Assembly (NCBI GenBank): GCA_026025795.1
Contig: JAPEUG010000015.1
Location: 1 to 64,000, forward strand
From: Thelocarpon superellum
Lineage: Eukaryota
Direction: 5' to 3'
Length of the DNA stretch: 64,000 nt
The notes under the pieces were generated by a model. That model was not told the origin of the DNA. It searched no databases and saw only the letters and a program-made list of their open reading frames with translations. Positions within the stretch are counted from its first letter, which is position 1. Each line of letters starts with the position of its first letter. The translations under genes and the position numbers were made by a program. Positions 1 to 12,304 of this stretch are shown here, piece after piece.

Positions 1-432
1 AGGCGGTGAAGGTTGGGGCGTGGCGCGCCTAGCCGACCCGACCGCGTCCCGACTCGACCCCGGCTGCGCGACTGCCCGACTAACAACCTCTGAGTCGACG
101 ACCTGACGGCATCATCCTCGCCCATCGAACCTTTCCCTGGTCGGCGTGACCTTGTTTTCCCTCCTCTCACGCCGCCAAGCCCCGTTGCCTGATGAATTTG
201 CACCCGCACGATAGCATAGCCAGCCCTGTACTCGTACTCGTGACTCATTTCTTGCTAGATAGTAGTCTTCAATACCATTGATCTTTTGCTGTCCACGCTG
301 CCAGATTCCCATTCTTGAGCATTGACGGCATCGCGGTGCCCGTGCTGGCTGGTGCTGCTGTTCACACCAGCGCCGCGACCGGAGCCGCGCTCCGACGTGG
401 CGTGCAGGGTCATCGAGGGGAGCTACGCGATT

Positions 433-464
433 GAATGACCGAATGACCGAATGACCGAATGACC
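433..464. repeat. Tandem repeat (GAATGACC)x4
   Basis: Four perfect copies read directly. Confidence 0.9.
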
Positions 465-1227
465 TCCGCTCTCGTTAACTAGCGCTACGTTGCACGAAGC
501 ACCTCGAGACGCAGCGACCGGCAACGCTGTGCGGTAACAACTGACCGGCACCGCACTGCGCACCCCTGTTCTGCTCTCTGCTAGCATTTGCTATTGTACC
601 CGTGAGGTTTGCCCTGCTACTGGAGCCATCTTTGCTGAAGAAAGAGGAGAGGCTCGCGACGACCTACTCGATAAACAGGAGAGGCCCCATCAGCTGTGCT
701 TACAAGCTGGTAATAGTAAGGGTGCTTGGTCCGGGCCGTCAGGGTTTGCGTCGACTAGGGTCCCCAGGGCGTAGCTGGCACCGGAGACTGGACGCGGAAC
801 GGCCGTTGGACACCACGCAAGATCGAATGGTTAGCACGCATGCTTGCCGAGCCATCATGCAGCTCGACAGCCTGTTCCGTCTGCTGCACCAAGATCAGTG
901 GGGTAGCTCCCCCGCCTCGTCTTTCTCCTGCTTGTGAGCTGTCGTAGCAATCGCCAGTCTTTCGGTTCGTGCGTTGACATAGTTGAACATGTCACGATAG
1001 CACCGCCACTTCTCTTCCCCCCCAGTGATGAGCGTGGCCCCAACCTTTCTTGGCCAGCGTAGGAGAAACGGGCTCATAGCCCATGGGAGTGCTACCACGG
1101 TCCTTACTACTGCCACTCTTCCAGCTCCGGGGTCAATCGAGCGACTGATCCTGCTGGACCCGCGCTCATACCGAAGCCCGATTGATCTTTGAACTGGCTT
1201 CATCGTGGTTTGGCACACCTCGTCATC

Positions 1228-3238
1228 ATGGCATCAGCGCAAGAAGATGTCTACTGCACGGTGAGGGATGGGTCAAGTTCAAGGTCATGATTTACTGAAG
1301 CTAAGTCGCTTCCAGCTGGTTATGAGCGACAATTACCTCCCTGGTCAGCTCATGGTTCGCGATGCCTCTCCGAGCCCGGCTGATCGTTTGATAGGAGCCA
1401 CGGTTCTTGCACATTCCTTGCGGGATGCGGGCACCAAGAAGAAGCTTGCCGTCCTCGTGACTCTAGAAACCCTCCAAGCATCAACCGTCACCGTGCTGAA
1501 GGTGAGCAAGTGGACAGACAGATGGCCTTTGGACTTCAACATGCTGATCAGTGACCAGGAGCTCTATGACCACGTCCTTCCCGTCCCGCGGGTGGTAAAC
1601 CAATTCCCGGCTAATCTCTACCTGATGGAACGTCCGGAGCTCCATTCTACCTTCACCAAGATCAACCTGTGGCAGCTGGAACAGTTCCGGAAGATCGTGT
1701 ACGTCGACGCCGATGTTGTCGCTGTACGTGCACCAGATGAGCTCTTCGATGTACCCGCCACCTTTGCCGCTGCCCCCGATACTGGCTGGCCCGATTGCTT
1801 CAACTCCGGCGTCATGGTGCTGAGCCCCGGGAAGGGCGATTACTATGCCCTTCTCGCCTTGGCCCAACGGGGAATCTCATTTGACGGAGCCGACCAAGGG
1901 CTACTGAACATGCATTTCAAACCCTTCCACCGCCTCTCCTTTGCGTACAACTGCACGCCGTCCGGTCACTATCAGTACGTACCGGCGTACCGCCACTTTC
2001 AATCGAGCATCTCTCTGGTGCATTTTATTGGACACGAGAAGCCCTGGCTACAGGGTCGAGACAGCTCGAACGTGTCCTCGGTATACAACGAACTGTTGGG
2101 GAGATGGTGGTCAGTCTACGACCGACATTATCGCGCCCCCTCGGGAGATGTTCAGGCTCCAACCGTTCGAAAATATGTGAGGGGGGAGCCCGTGGAAAAT
2201 GCCAAAGATCCTAAACGTGAGCCTGAGCCTATTGCTGTGGCCGCCGAGGAGCCCGCCGATATACTGGGTTCTGAATCAAAGTGTGAAAGCTCAGTGGCTC
2301 GGAAGGTGGCTCCTTCTCGAATGAGCGAGTGGGACCCTGCAAGGTACGTGCCATATTCCCAACGATGTAGCACTGTACTGATCGTGGCAGATCGGGACCA
2401 CCCAGCAATTCCGCCCCTGAGGCACCAAACTTCCCGCAAACCACCTACGAAATGTCGGACGACGCACATTTCTTCCGAGCGCCAGCGTACCCGGAGCCTC
2501 CCACGAGCCTAACGTACCAGATTCCCGAGACTCCCCCGGCCGGCTCTCGTCCGAAACCAATTTTCCCCTGGGAAATCAACGCGCCAAAGCCCACTCGAGT
2601 GTTTGACGATGAACCGACGTCTCCTCCACCCCCTTCATCCACCCTGGCTACACCCTCCGCCACAGACGATGAAGCACGGGACGATATGAGTACTTCCACC
2701 ACGCCTTCGGCTAGCACGACAACCGCAGACTGGAACAACTTCAGCAGTAGTAATGCATGGGATGGTATCCCTGAGATTGATCAAGCTGTATCCAACATCA
2801 TGCAGCAACGCAAAGGGCAGGTTCAAGTCTTGCAAGGAGGCTTGCCCGAAGAGGTGGGGAGTCCCGGCATCCGACGACCCGGCGTTCGAGTGACGGACTT
2901 TCCCTCGGAGATCGAGCGGCCGAGCCTTCCCGTGACCCCGGCGCCCGTCCGACGACCCAGCTTCTGGGGGTCCGAGCGGGACCGAGACGGCGAGCTGCCG
3001 GCGGCAGAAGGTGTCCCAGCACAAGAAGACTGGGTCAGTGCAAGCATGCGTGTGATGATACAGCAGGCTGACATGATTCCTGCAGGACCCGTCCCTCAGA
3101 TTGGAGGAGCTAACCCGGCGTCAACCGGAAGTCTTCCCCTCCCTCCAAAGCCCGCCAGAGCCCAGGGGGCCCAATCGGACCATTCCCCAGCGAGACCTAC
3201 CGGGCTCCGCGGCGCCCATCTCGCCTTCGTCTGGCTGA
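1228..3238 (+). CDS. GLG1: Glycogenin (GT8), spliced
   Basis: ATG 1228 gives MASAQEDVYCT|LVMSDNYLPG|ATVLAHSL. Motifs TFTKINLW, YVDAD (DxD), GWPDCFNSG, SFDGADQGLLN, HYQYVPAY (autoglucosylation Tyr region) and HFIG..KPW. Last exon after the 3034-3085 intron ends at TGA 3236-3238. Confidence 0.93.
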
Positions 3239-3726
3239 TCCTCGTACCAATGACCGGAATATACGGCAGCCGGGCGACCGGGTCTTCCTTGCCCTCGTGC
3301 TTCTACCACAAGGCAATTGCTATCGACGTCTGCTCATCTCGCCAGTCTGCCGATCCATCCACTTCTTCTTATGAGAAAAGAAGCCAGTAAGCAAGCGAGC
3401 AAGCGAGCGAGCGAGCGTCGTCATGACCCTGAACTGTTTCATCTGTCCATTACTTCGCCTTTGTGATGGTGTTTAGTTCTGTTGTATCTAGTGTACCAGC
3501 GTACGCGTACATAGGACTCGGACATGAAATAAATTGATTTGCGCTGAATCGAATAGCGTTCCCGTCCAAAGAAGCACCACGGATCCTTTCTTTGGTAAGA
3601 TCTAAGAGGCCATCTTATATTGCCGCCAAGGGTGAACAGACCAATCAAGGAAAACGCCACAGGAGACAGGACAGCCTGCCTGTCTGTCTGCCTGCCTACC
3701 TTTCTGCAGTAACCTCGACTGCCGGT

Positions 3727-6700
3727 CTAGAAAGCATCGCGGCGGGGTATCACGGGAACAGAAATGGCCTCGAGGGTATGAAAACCGGGAACGCTTACGC
3801 CAACGCCAACGCCAACGCCAACTCCTCCTCCACCACCATCGTCACCACCGCCCATACTCGCGCCCGCGCCCGCGCCCGCGCCCGCGCTCCCGCCTGCAAT
3901 TGCGCTTACCCCTCCACCTCGACCAATCCCCATTGCCATGGCCATTCCCATCTCGTCCGTTGTGGCGTCCGTGCCGGAAGATGCGACCATCGGCTCTTCG
4001 CCGCTCGAGCTCGCGCTAGCGCCGTCCATCATGCGCATCAGCGCCGGATTGATGGACATGGAGCCCGATCCCGAGCCCGAACCCGATCCTGTCGTGGGCG
4101 CAGACGTGGATGCAGACACGGCTGTACTTGTTGTAAATCCAGGTGTCGAATTGGAATTGAGGTTGGAATTCGCCTTTAGGGTTGGAGTCGGAGCCGGGTT
4201 GGGCGCTGGAGTGTGCATCGATGCGTTCATTGGCCATTGCCACAACGCGTCAAAGTCGATAGCTTCGTCTGGTGCGGACGACAGATCCGTGCTCGAGTTC
4301 GCAGCGAGCATGTTGTTCCCGTACGGCAACTGCGACGATGACGTGTAACCGTACATATCTCCCGCTGCTGCGGGTGCTGCCGCAGGTATAGGGGGCGACG
4401 AAAAGGGAGAGGATGTTGGGTTCGTCGGGTTGTGGGAGGCGGGTGGGGCTTGGTGCGGGTCGGTCTTGGACAACGCGAACAAGGATGCCATAAAGTCGTT
4501 GCTCTGCGGCAGGAGGGAGGTCTGATTGTGGCTGCGCCGGCTTTCAATCACATCGCGAAAGGTGGTGAGAATGTAGAGCAGGCGTTGAGCCTGTGGGTCA
4601 GAATGGGCGCAGTAGGTCATGATGGAGATGGAATTCGAGATGGTGAGGTCGGCCGTGGCGTCTTCGTGGAGCTTGGAGAAGGCGTTGGAAAGCACGATCA
4701 GCGCTGCAGCGAAGAGGAAATATCTTTGCGAGTTAGCACGGGGATGCACCGGAGGACGGGAGGATGGGTCACGTACATGGCAAATGGATTGCGACGCTGC
4801 AGGTGGCCGTGTTCGAAGGTAGTCTGCACAAGGGAGATGGAGTGGGTGGAGGCAATCACGCAGGCTTCGGAGAATGTCTCCATCTTGCCCGTCGTGCCTG
4901 GTCGTCGTGGCGCCGAGCTTTGCGATATTCGTTGCACCTCGCCGTTGAGGAGGTAAAGGAAGAATGGCCGGGTCAGCAGGATGATGGAATGGCAATACAT
5001 GAGGTTGACGTGCAGGATGGCAATGCCTTGCGTTGGGTGATCGGGTGACGCGGAACGCCAATGAAGGATGGAAGGCAATCGATTTGGCCAGACCTTGCAC
5101 ATGTCTGCAATCTCTTGAGCCAGGCTGGTGGAGATTCGCCGCTGCTGATACACCCGCTTCAAGATGGTCCCGATCACGTAGCAGCTGCGTACTGATGCGT
5201 CTAGGCCGAGGGTATTCAGCCTGGCGTTGACCTGCGCCTGGTCCTGTCGGGGTGCAACACTCGGTTTTAGCGTGTCTCCGGAGCAGTCGTCCTCGGAGAT
5301 GGCCGTAGGTCGTCCCATGGATGCCGCCAAGAACCGATCGAAGATGAAGAGACTTCGCCACAGATTTCTTCGCACCGTGCGTTCGTCAGGGCTGTAGATG
5401 ACCATTGTCTCTTCTCGGTGGAGACCAAGCGCAAAAGCAGACCGGACCGCCATGCCTAAAATGCGAGTCAGCGTGCATACGGCGGACTCCTCGTGCATAC
5501 CAACCAAAATAGGCGTATCCCGCGTTTCGTTTCGAAATGATGAGCGAGTAAAGAGTCATCAAGAGCAGCGCTTGGATGGACCAGAAGTCTGCATCCTCAA
5601 AGCCAGTGCAGGGGTCGCTGAGCCCTTTGGCGTTGGCATAGAAGATCGCCGCCCAGTCGACGCTGTCATTGCGCAATCGGAGCACGATGGCGGCTGGTTC
5701 GCTCCCGGGAGGCGGATTGGCCAGCAGCAGGCCGATCGCAAACACCAGATTGAGCAGGCATAACCAAGACGGATCCGTGGCGAGCGGATCAGCATAGCAT
5801 GCTCGTGCCGTGGCCAGAAACCTCCCCTCGTCGAACACTTCGAGCAGGCCCCGTGTCTGTCTACGCCTTAGTAAATAGTGCCACGTCGGATTCATTGCCC
5901 ATGCCTACGTTGATGAAATATGAGTTTATGAGCGCGTCTGCCGTTTGCTGGTCAGGCAACAAGTGCGTTTGCCGCAGGCCCTTTGGCAGACCCACGCAGC
6001 GCTCCAGGATTCGATGTCGGCTAGGATCGGTAGTGAAGGACGAAGGACCCGCGATGTTTTCAACAATCATCCGGATGAGCTGGAGATATGAGAGTGTCGC
6101 GGAGTCTCCAATGTATACTGGCAATGACGATAGCAGTCAGTCGGACGAGCGTATGGTCGAGTATCTGCCGGACCAGTACGTTCCAATGGAAGAGAGACAT
6201 GGCCGGAACGGTGCCGCTCGGCGATTCGTTGATATCATGACGCATAGATTCTCCTCTTATCAAATGACAAAAGAGCAGATGCAAGCAAGTAATTCCTGCT
6301 GAACTTGGTAAAGGTAGGGAACACTTACACAGTCTGCCTGTCGGATCCTGCAGCATGCGGGTCGAACTGTAGACGATTGCTTCTTCATCGCCATTCATCT
6401 GCTCCGTAGCTTGCGGCGCCGGCCCGACGGCTTCCGATGCAGCCGGCATTTGACTCGACTGGGTTCCTGCGAACGAGCTGGGGCTGGTCGTCTGTTCCCC
6501 ATTGGAATGAATTGTGGAAGACCCCCTCGGCGTGGCTGAGTGGCGTGACCCGAACGAAGCATGCGATGACGGTGTTTCTCCGCTCGCAAGCGCCGCGGCA
6601 TTCCCGATCGAGGGCGGTGTGGTAGACGAGGCGGATCCAAAGGACGTATCAAACGCCACATGTGTTCGAGATGGTTGAGCTCGCTGGCCGTCGCCTGAAA

Positions 6701-7095
6701 CCTTCGGGACGGCAAAGCTACCTCTGGTGCCGCCGACGTCGGGCGCAAGCGTATGCGTGCGAGGGCGTGAGTGCGAGGATGTCGGGTCCGGACGCGTACG
6801 GGTGGAGGGATCAATGGCCACTGGCGGTCTGATGGCGTTCGATTCGGCGGATCGTCTTTTAGGAGGGGACCCATCTTCCCCGCTCCGCTCCTCAGGCCCG
6901 TAGGTACAGGAGAGGCTGCGTTTGAGACAGGTATTGCAGGGGCAGAGGCCATTGCACTACTGGTATCAGCACTGGGTCGGCCGACGAGCTTTGCGTTGCG
7001 TGAGCTCCACCTACCTTCTGCTTCCGGCGCTTACATGATTCGCAGGCGGTCGCAGTGCGAAGCCTTTTCTCTGGATCAACTCGTGGTCTAGTCAT
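3727..7095 (-). CDS. Zn(II)2Cys6 fungal transcription factor with fungal-specific TF domain, spliced
   Basis: ACESCKRRKQK|CNGLCPCNTC zinc cluster split by an intron. Also RMLQDPTGRL, YIGDSATLSYLQ, and GMAVRSAFALGLHR...RRNLWRSLFIFDRFLAASMGRP. Low-complexity G/A/S C-terminus. Confidence 0.92.
3798..3895. repeat. Coding hexamer repeats (GCCAAC)n and (CGCGCC)n encoding GV and GA dipeptide runs in the TF tail
   Basis: Read directly; translation GAGAGAGA...GVGVGVGV. Confidence 0.75.
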
Positions 7096-8902
7096 TGGCT
7101 CAAGCGGCCGGCTACCGATGGCCGATGGCAGACCGCGGCAGTGCTTGGGTCGTCGGATGCGGGCTCAAATAGTGGCGGAAGGTGGTTGGTGATGGCCTGG
7201 ACTCCGCTAAGTCGAGGCATCTACGTGCAGGCCTTTGCTGCTGATGGGTGCAGCCAGCGTCTGGATAGACTGGTGGGTGGTCCATGCATCCGCGGGGTTT
7301 TTCCACACACGGTGAACCTTTATCCGAGCCTGCCAGGTATTGCACGCACTGATCCTTTCTCTCAGATCTCACCCGAACTTCGTCGCCTCGTGCCTGTTTG
7401 TGAGAAATGCCACGGTTGCTCGAGCTTGGAGTGCCGAGTCGATCAACCCTGGATCCGATATCAGGCACCTTTGCAATTCGGAAAGATGGCGCTCCACGCC
7501 AACCCGGTAGGCGTACCGCTATAGAAGTAGCCGTATACTATAGCGAGTAGCAAGCCAACCGACCGAGGGGATGCATGACGTCAAAATCGGCAACGCTTCC
7601 CAGCCAATAGGTCGTCTTTGCTTCGTTTGCCTGGCTGGGTCACGTCCGTAGAGTCAACATATCACCGAAATTCCCCTCGCATTATTCGTAGAGCAATCTC
7701 CCGAGGATGTTGTACTGCATAGTTGGCCGGCAGCCCGACGTGACTCAGAGACGCCTCTGCAGCCCATACTGCGCAGCATGTACGGTCAGGAAATTGGGAC
7801 CATCCCAGGATCTGCGTGATTCGAGAGGCTACGTTTGTGCAGGCTCCACAGCTGGCTTGAAGCTCCTGTGTACTCGTAACGTGTTGAAACCCTCGGTAAA
7901 CGCGCTAAGGCGCGCGGAACGGTTGACAAGCCACTGCCTTAAGTGACATTAGTTCTGTCGCACCCCGAAAAATAGACTGGAGATGGGTGGTCTATTCTAC
8001 AGAAGCTATCTGTCGTTCTAATATACGGCTATGGCGGGTCACATGCAGCAGCTTAGTCAAAAGCCGAGAGTTCCCGTATGGAGCCTCCACACTACGTATA
8101 GATGAGCGCCCTCATTTTCGCCGATGATGGGCTAGCGCGGGGGTTTTCTACAGGTTCTTCGTTCTTACGCGGACGTCGCGTTACATGCCAGGAGCAATAA
8201 TGTGAATGTCCTTGTGGGCACTTACGAAATACCCTGATGAGTAGCTCCCCCAAAGATACGCAATAAATCCGAGGAGTTTTCAATAGGGTAAACTTACCGG
8301 GCCTATAACAGGCCTCTGGCCAACGCTTTCTGTCTTCTCGGCCACGGAGCCCTTCTTATCCAACGATCTGTCAAGGAGGATGAGAAGTCCGTCTTCTTTC
8401 GGTCGAAAACGTTCACAGATCAAGCAATCCTTGAGGGTGATGTGTCGTGTGAGACATCACCCTGACAGGCCTACTAGATCCGAGAAGTAGCATGAATTCG
8501 AGTTCTCTTGTACGGTGTCTCGGCGGCGACGGATGGAAATGATGTTGGAATCCCGGAGATCTTCAAAAGTTGGGCAACGATGCAGAGTACTCAGACTGTG
8601 ACGGCGCTCACGTAAACACGATGCCAGAAGCAGTTAGCCGAGGTAAACCTGTATCGCTTGATGATTGGTGGGCGACGGCCGGCTCGTGCCGCCTCCACGA
8701 GTCTCGTGGATGGATGAAGCCCAAGTAGCCCGTCGAACTTACCCCGAAATCTGTCATGTGTCCCTCTCCGCATTGAAACGCACATCTAGCTGGTCTAGCT
8801 CTTGGGGCATGCGGACTTCTCCTCTCCCCTTCCCTTCTCTCATTGAAGCACCCCCCAAAGTCCAGTTCGTCGCTGGCGCCTGGTAACTGCCCCTCCGACA
8901 GA

Positions 8903-11720
8903 ATGAAGTCGCTCGTCCAAGCAGTGCTTGCCACGGCGGCGTTGCTGGTTCACGCCGCCGGGGCGTCGACCCTGACGCCGCCCGTACTCCCCCTCGTCGT
9001 CCGCAATCCCTACCTTTCGGTGTGGCTCGATAATGCGAGAGCGCCGCCATGGACCCGATGGCCCATGTTCTACGAAGGCGCCGGGGTATGATTCTCTCCA
9101 TCGGCCTCTGCCCCGCTGTTGGCGTCATGACTGACAAAAGGGCTCTTAGGTCGGTCTCGGCGTCCTTCTCTCCGTTCCCGCGACGAACGAGGTATACCCT
9201 TTGCTGGGCCGACCGCACGATTCTCTTCTCCCACCAGAAGCGAATGATGGGTACGTCGCGTGGCGCAACCACTATCGCGGGATGACGGCCGAGACTGAAC
9301 TTGCGCTTCCAGTTACAATCGTTCCTTTCCCATTTATCTCGGTGCCCAGTTTGATGCGTCGACCACAAATCTCTCCTATCACATCCCGCCGCCATCTCCC
9401 TTCGCAGAGCCCGTTGAGGTCATCCTCTCCTTTCTGTGCCCCATCACACCCACCTCGACGCTCCGCCAATCGATCCCCGCGGCGTACTTGAGCATACATG
9501 TGTCCGGAAGCTTTGACGTCAATGTGTACGTCGACATGAACGGTCAATGGGTCAGTGGCGACCGGGGGAGTGAGATCAACTGGGACTTTTCACGCCAGGG
9601 CGGCCACGGGAAGCGCGAGCACCTCATCAAGACGTGGAAGGTCCGCCGCAAGACCGAACAGCTCTTGACTGAGTTTCGCGATCAGGCCGAGTGGGGCGCA
9701 CTACATTTCTCGGCTCCATCGGTAAGCCTGACCCAATGGATTCGTCGCAGTGACCGGTGAAGGAGAGACTTGTACTGATCTCGATGCCCCATAGGACGTT
9801 CGCCACGAAGCAGGCACATCCGCCGTATTACGCCAGCGCTTCGCCCGGACGCACACGCTCGAGGACTCCATGGACACCTCCTTTCGGCGTATTATGGAAG
9901 AGGAGCCCGTCTTCGCATTTGCCAAGGCCTTCCGTCTCAACGGCTCCTCGTCGCATTCGGGAGAGACCACCGACAGTGTTCTCTTCACCATCGCCCACAT
10001 CCAAGATCCGGTGGTACAATTCGCCTCCGCCCGAGGCTTGACGTTTATGCGACCGCTCTGGTCTTCTTGGTTTGAAAGCGCCGAAGCGGTCACCATGTTT
10101 CACTATCTCGACTTTAGCACGGCCGCCACTCTCGCCACGAATTACTCCACCCAGCTGGCGATCGATGCTTCGAGATCCGGATCGCAAGACTACGTCGATA
10201 TCCTGGCCCTCTCAGCCAGACAGGTGATGGGGGCCACCACGTTTTCTGGCACTCCTGACAATCCCCTCTTGTTCTTGAAGGAGATCTCATCCAATGGAAA
10301 CTTTCAGACCATCGACGTCATCTATCCGGCCTTTCCCTTCTTCCTCTACACCAATCCGCGCTGGCTCGCCTACCTGCTTGAGCCCTTGATCGAGCACATG
10401 CTCAGTGGCCAGTACCCGAACAAGTACGCCATGCACGACCTCGGCTACCACTTTCCCAATGCCACGGGTCACGCTGACGGCAACGACGAATACATGCCGG
10501 TCGAGGAGTGTGGCAATATTCTCATCATGGGTCTGGCGCTCGTCAACTCCCTCCTCTATGACGACCCTGGGGCGAGTGGCTCCGTCTGGGCCTCGCTCGG
10601 AAGTGCCACCTACGATGAAGATAGTGCCAGCGCATTTCCACTCACAGGCCTCGAGGACCGGGAAGGCGTCTCCGGGTTGGACGATCGATGGGGAGGGGTG
10701 GAGGGGGAGAAAGGACGAAAGCAGGCCCGCAAATACGTCGAAATCAGCTACGTGCTATGGAAACAATGGACACAGTATCTCATCGACTTCTCCTTGACCC
10801 CAGAGAATCAACGTACGTACACTGATCACGTCCCCGCCGTTGGGCTGAAATCATGCTGATGGCGACCAGTGTCGACGGATGACTTTGCGGGCTGGCTGGC
10901 CAACCAGACCAATTTGGCCCTGAAAGGCATCGTTGGCATTCGTGCTATGAGCGGTATTGCAGACGCCGTCGGAGATCTAGGCGCGGCCGACTACTACAAG
11001 GTCGGTGACGTCGCCCCGCCCATTGGACATCTGTGACGTATCGACTGACACGGACCGGGTCAGGACATCGCCTCCACCTACGTGAAGAAATGGGAGGAGT
11101 ACGGCTTCTCGCGCGATGGTAGCCACGCCAAGCTAGCCTACCACTGGTACGGATCGTGGACGACGCTGTACAACCTCTTCGCCGACGCCCTGCTGTGTTT
11201 CCATCTCTCGGATCCCCTAGCATCATCCTCGGCCCCACCCACCCACGAACCGCAGCAGCCGCTCGGACCACACCAGCCGAGCAAGGCGAGCAAGACGGCC
11301 TTCGTCAGCGATCGGGTGTATACGATGCAAAGCAAGTGGTATCACTCGGTGCGCCAACGCTACGGGCTGCCGCTCGACAGCCGACACTTGTATACCAAAA
11401 GCGACTGGGAATTCTTCGCCGCCGCGGTGACCAGTAAGAAGGTCCGAGAGGAGATTGTAGACAGCGTGGCGCTCTGGGTGAACGAGACGGCCACTGACCG
11501 TCCGTTGACCGATCTCTACGACACGGAGGGCGACGGGGGCTTCCCCGGGCTCGCCTTCAAGGCGCGTCCCGTCGTGGGCGGGCATTTTTCCTTCTTGGCG
11601 CTGGAGCGAGCGTGTGCCGGCAAGGCGGTCAAGGGACTGAGCTTCCTCGACGACGTTGACCAGGAGGATGCGGATGAGGCCGAGGCCGACCCCGAGACCA
11701 TCGGTGATACCGAGCTGTGA
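8903..11720 (+). CDS. gtaA: GtaA-type glutaminase family protein with signal peptide, spliced
   Basis: Signal peptide then PPVLPLVVRNPYLSVWL; FLKEISSNGNFQTIDVIYP; YAMHDLG..PNATGH..MPVEECGN; STDDFAG..NQTNLALKGI; YGLPLDSRHLYTKSDW; FKARPVVGGHF. Confidence 0.88.
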
Positions 11721-12304
11721 TGTACAACGACACCCGGTGTACGACTAAATTGACCATGTGGTCGGTACGAACGTGTAGCTGATGACGAGTTTGGTGTGGA
11801 AGTGGAGATGACCGAGCGAGTCCACGCTGTGAGAATGCGTAAGGTGTACTCGTACTGGTAGTACTCGGTGTTACGCAACGATGCGGATCGCCCATGAAAC
11901 ACGATCCGCACAGTGCTCGAGTAAATCTCTCTTCCTACCGATCATCGATACAGGGCCGAGCAGCAACGGACCACCACCGATGGCCAGCGTATATGATAGT
12001 CGTAGGAGCCCGGGCAAATGTGCCGCCTGCCAGGTCTTGAGGTGTCCTTGATGGAGGGATTGCATCTGTAGGGCGTGGAGAGATGTCGATGTCTCAGAGA
12101 AGTGGCGGTCTCACGCACTGTCACTTCGATCCCTGGACGCCATCTCGTGGCCGGGAGGGCCTAGCGAAGCTCGTGATGCAAGCTCCAATTCCTGGTGCCT
12201 GTCCATGCCGCAACAGGTACCGGCACCTTTCACGCCCGTCCATGGCCACCGCGATGTCGACCCATCCCACCCCGTCCTGATCCTACCACGGGCATGCAAC
12301 GGTC

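Noticed and set aside
1344..1558. In-frame stop-free introns (glycogenin 51 and 57 nt; also kinase 48 nt, ankyrin 51 nt)
   Set aside because: Expected by chance for short GC-rich introns, and the inserted residues would disrupt conserved domains.
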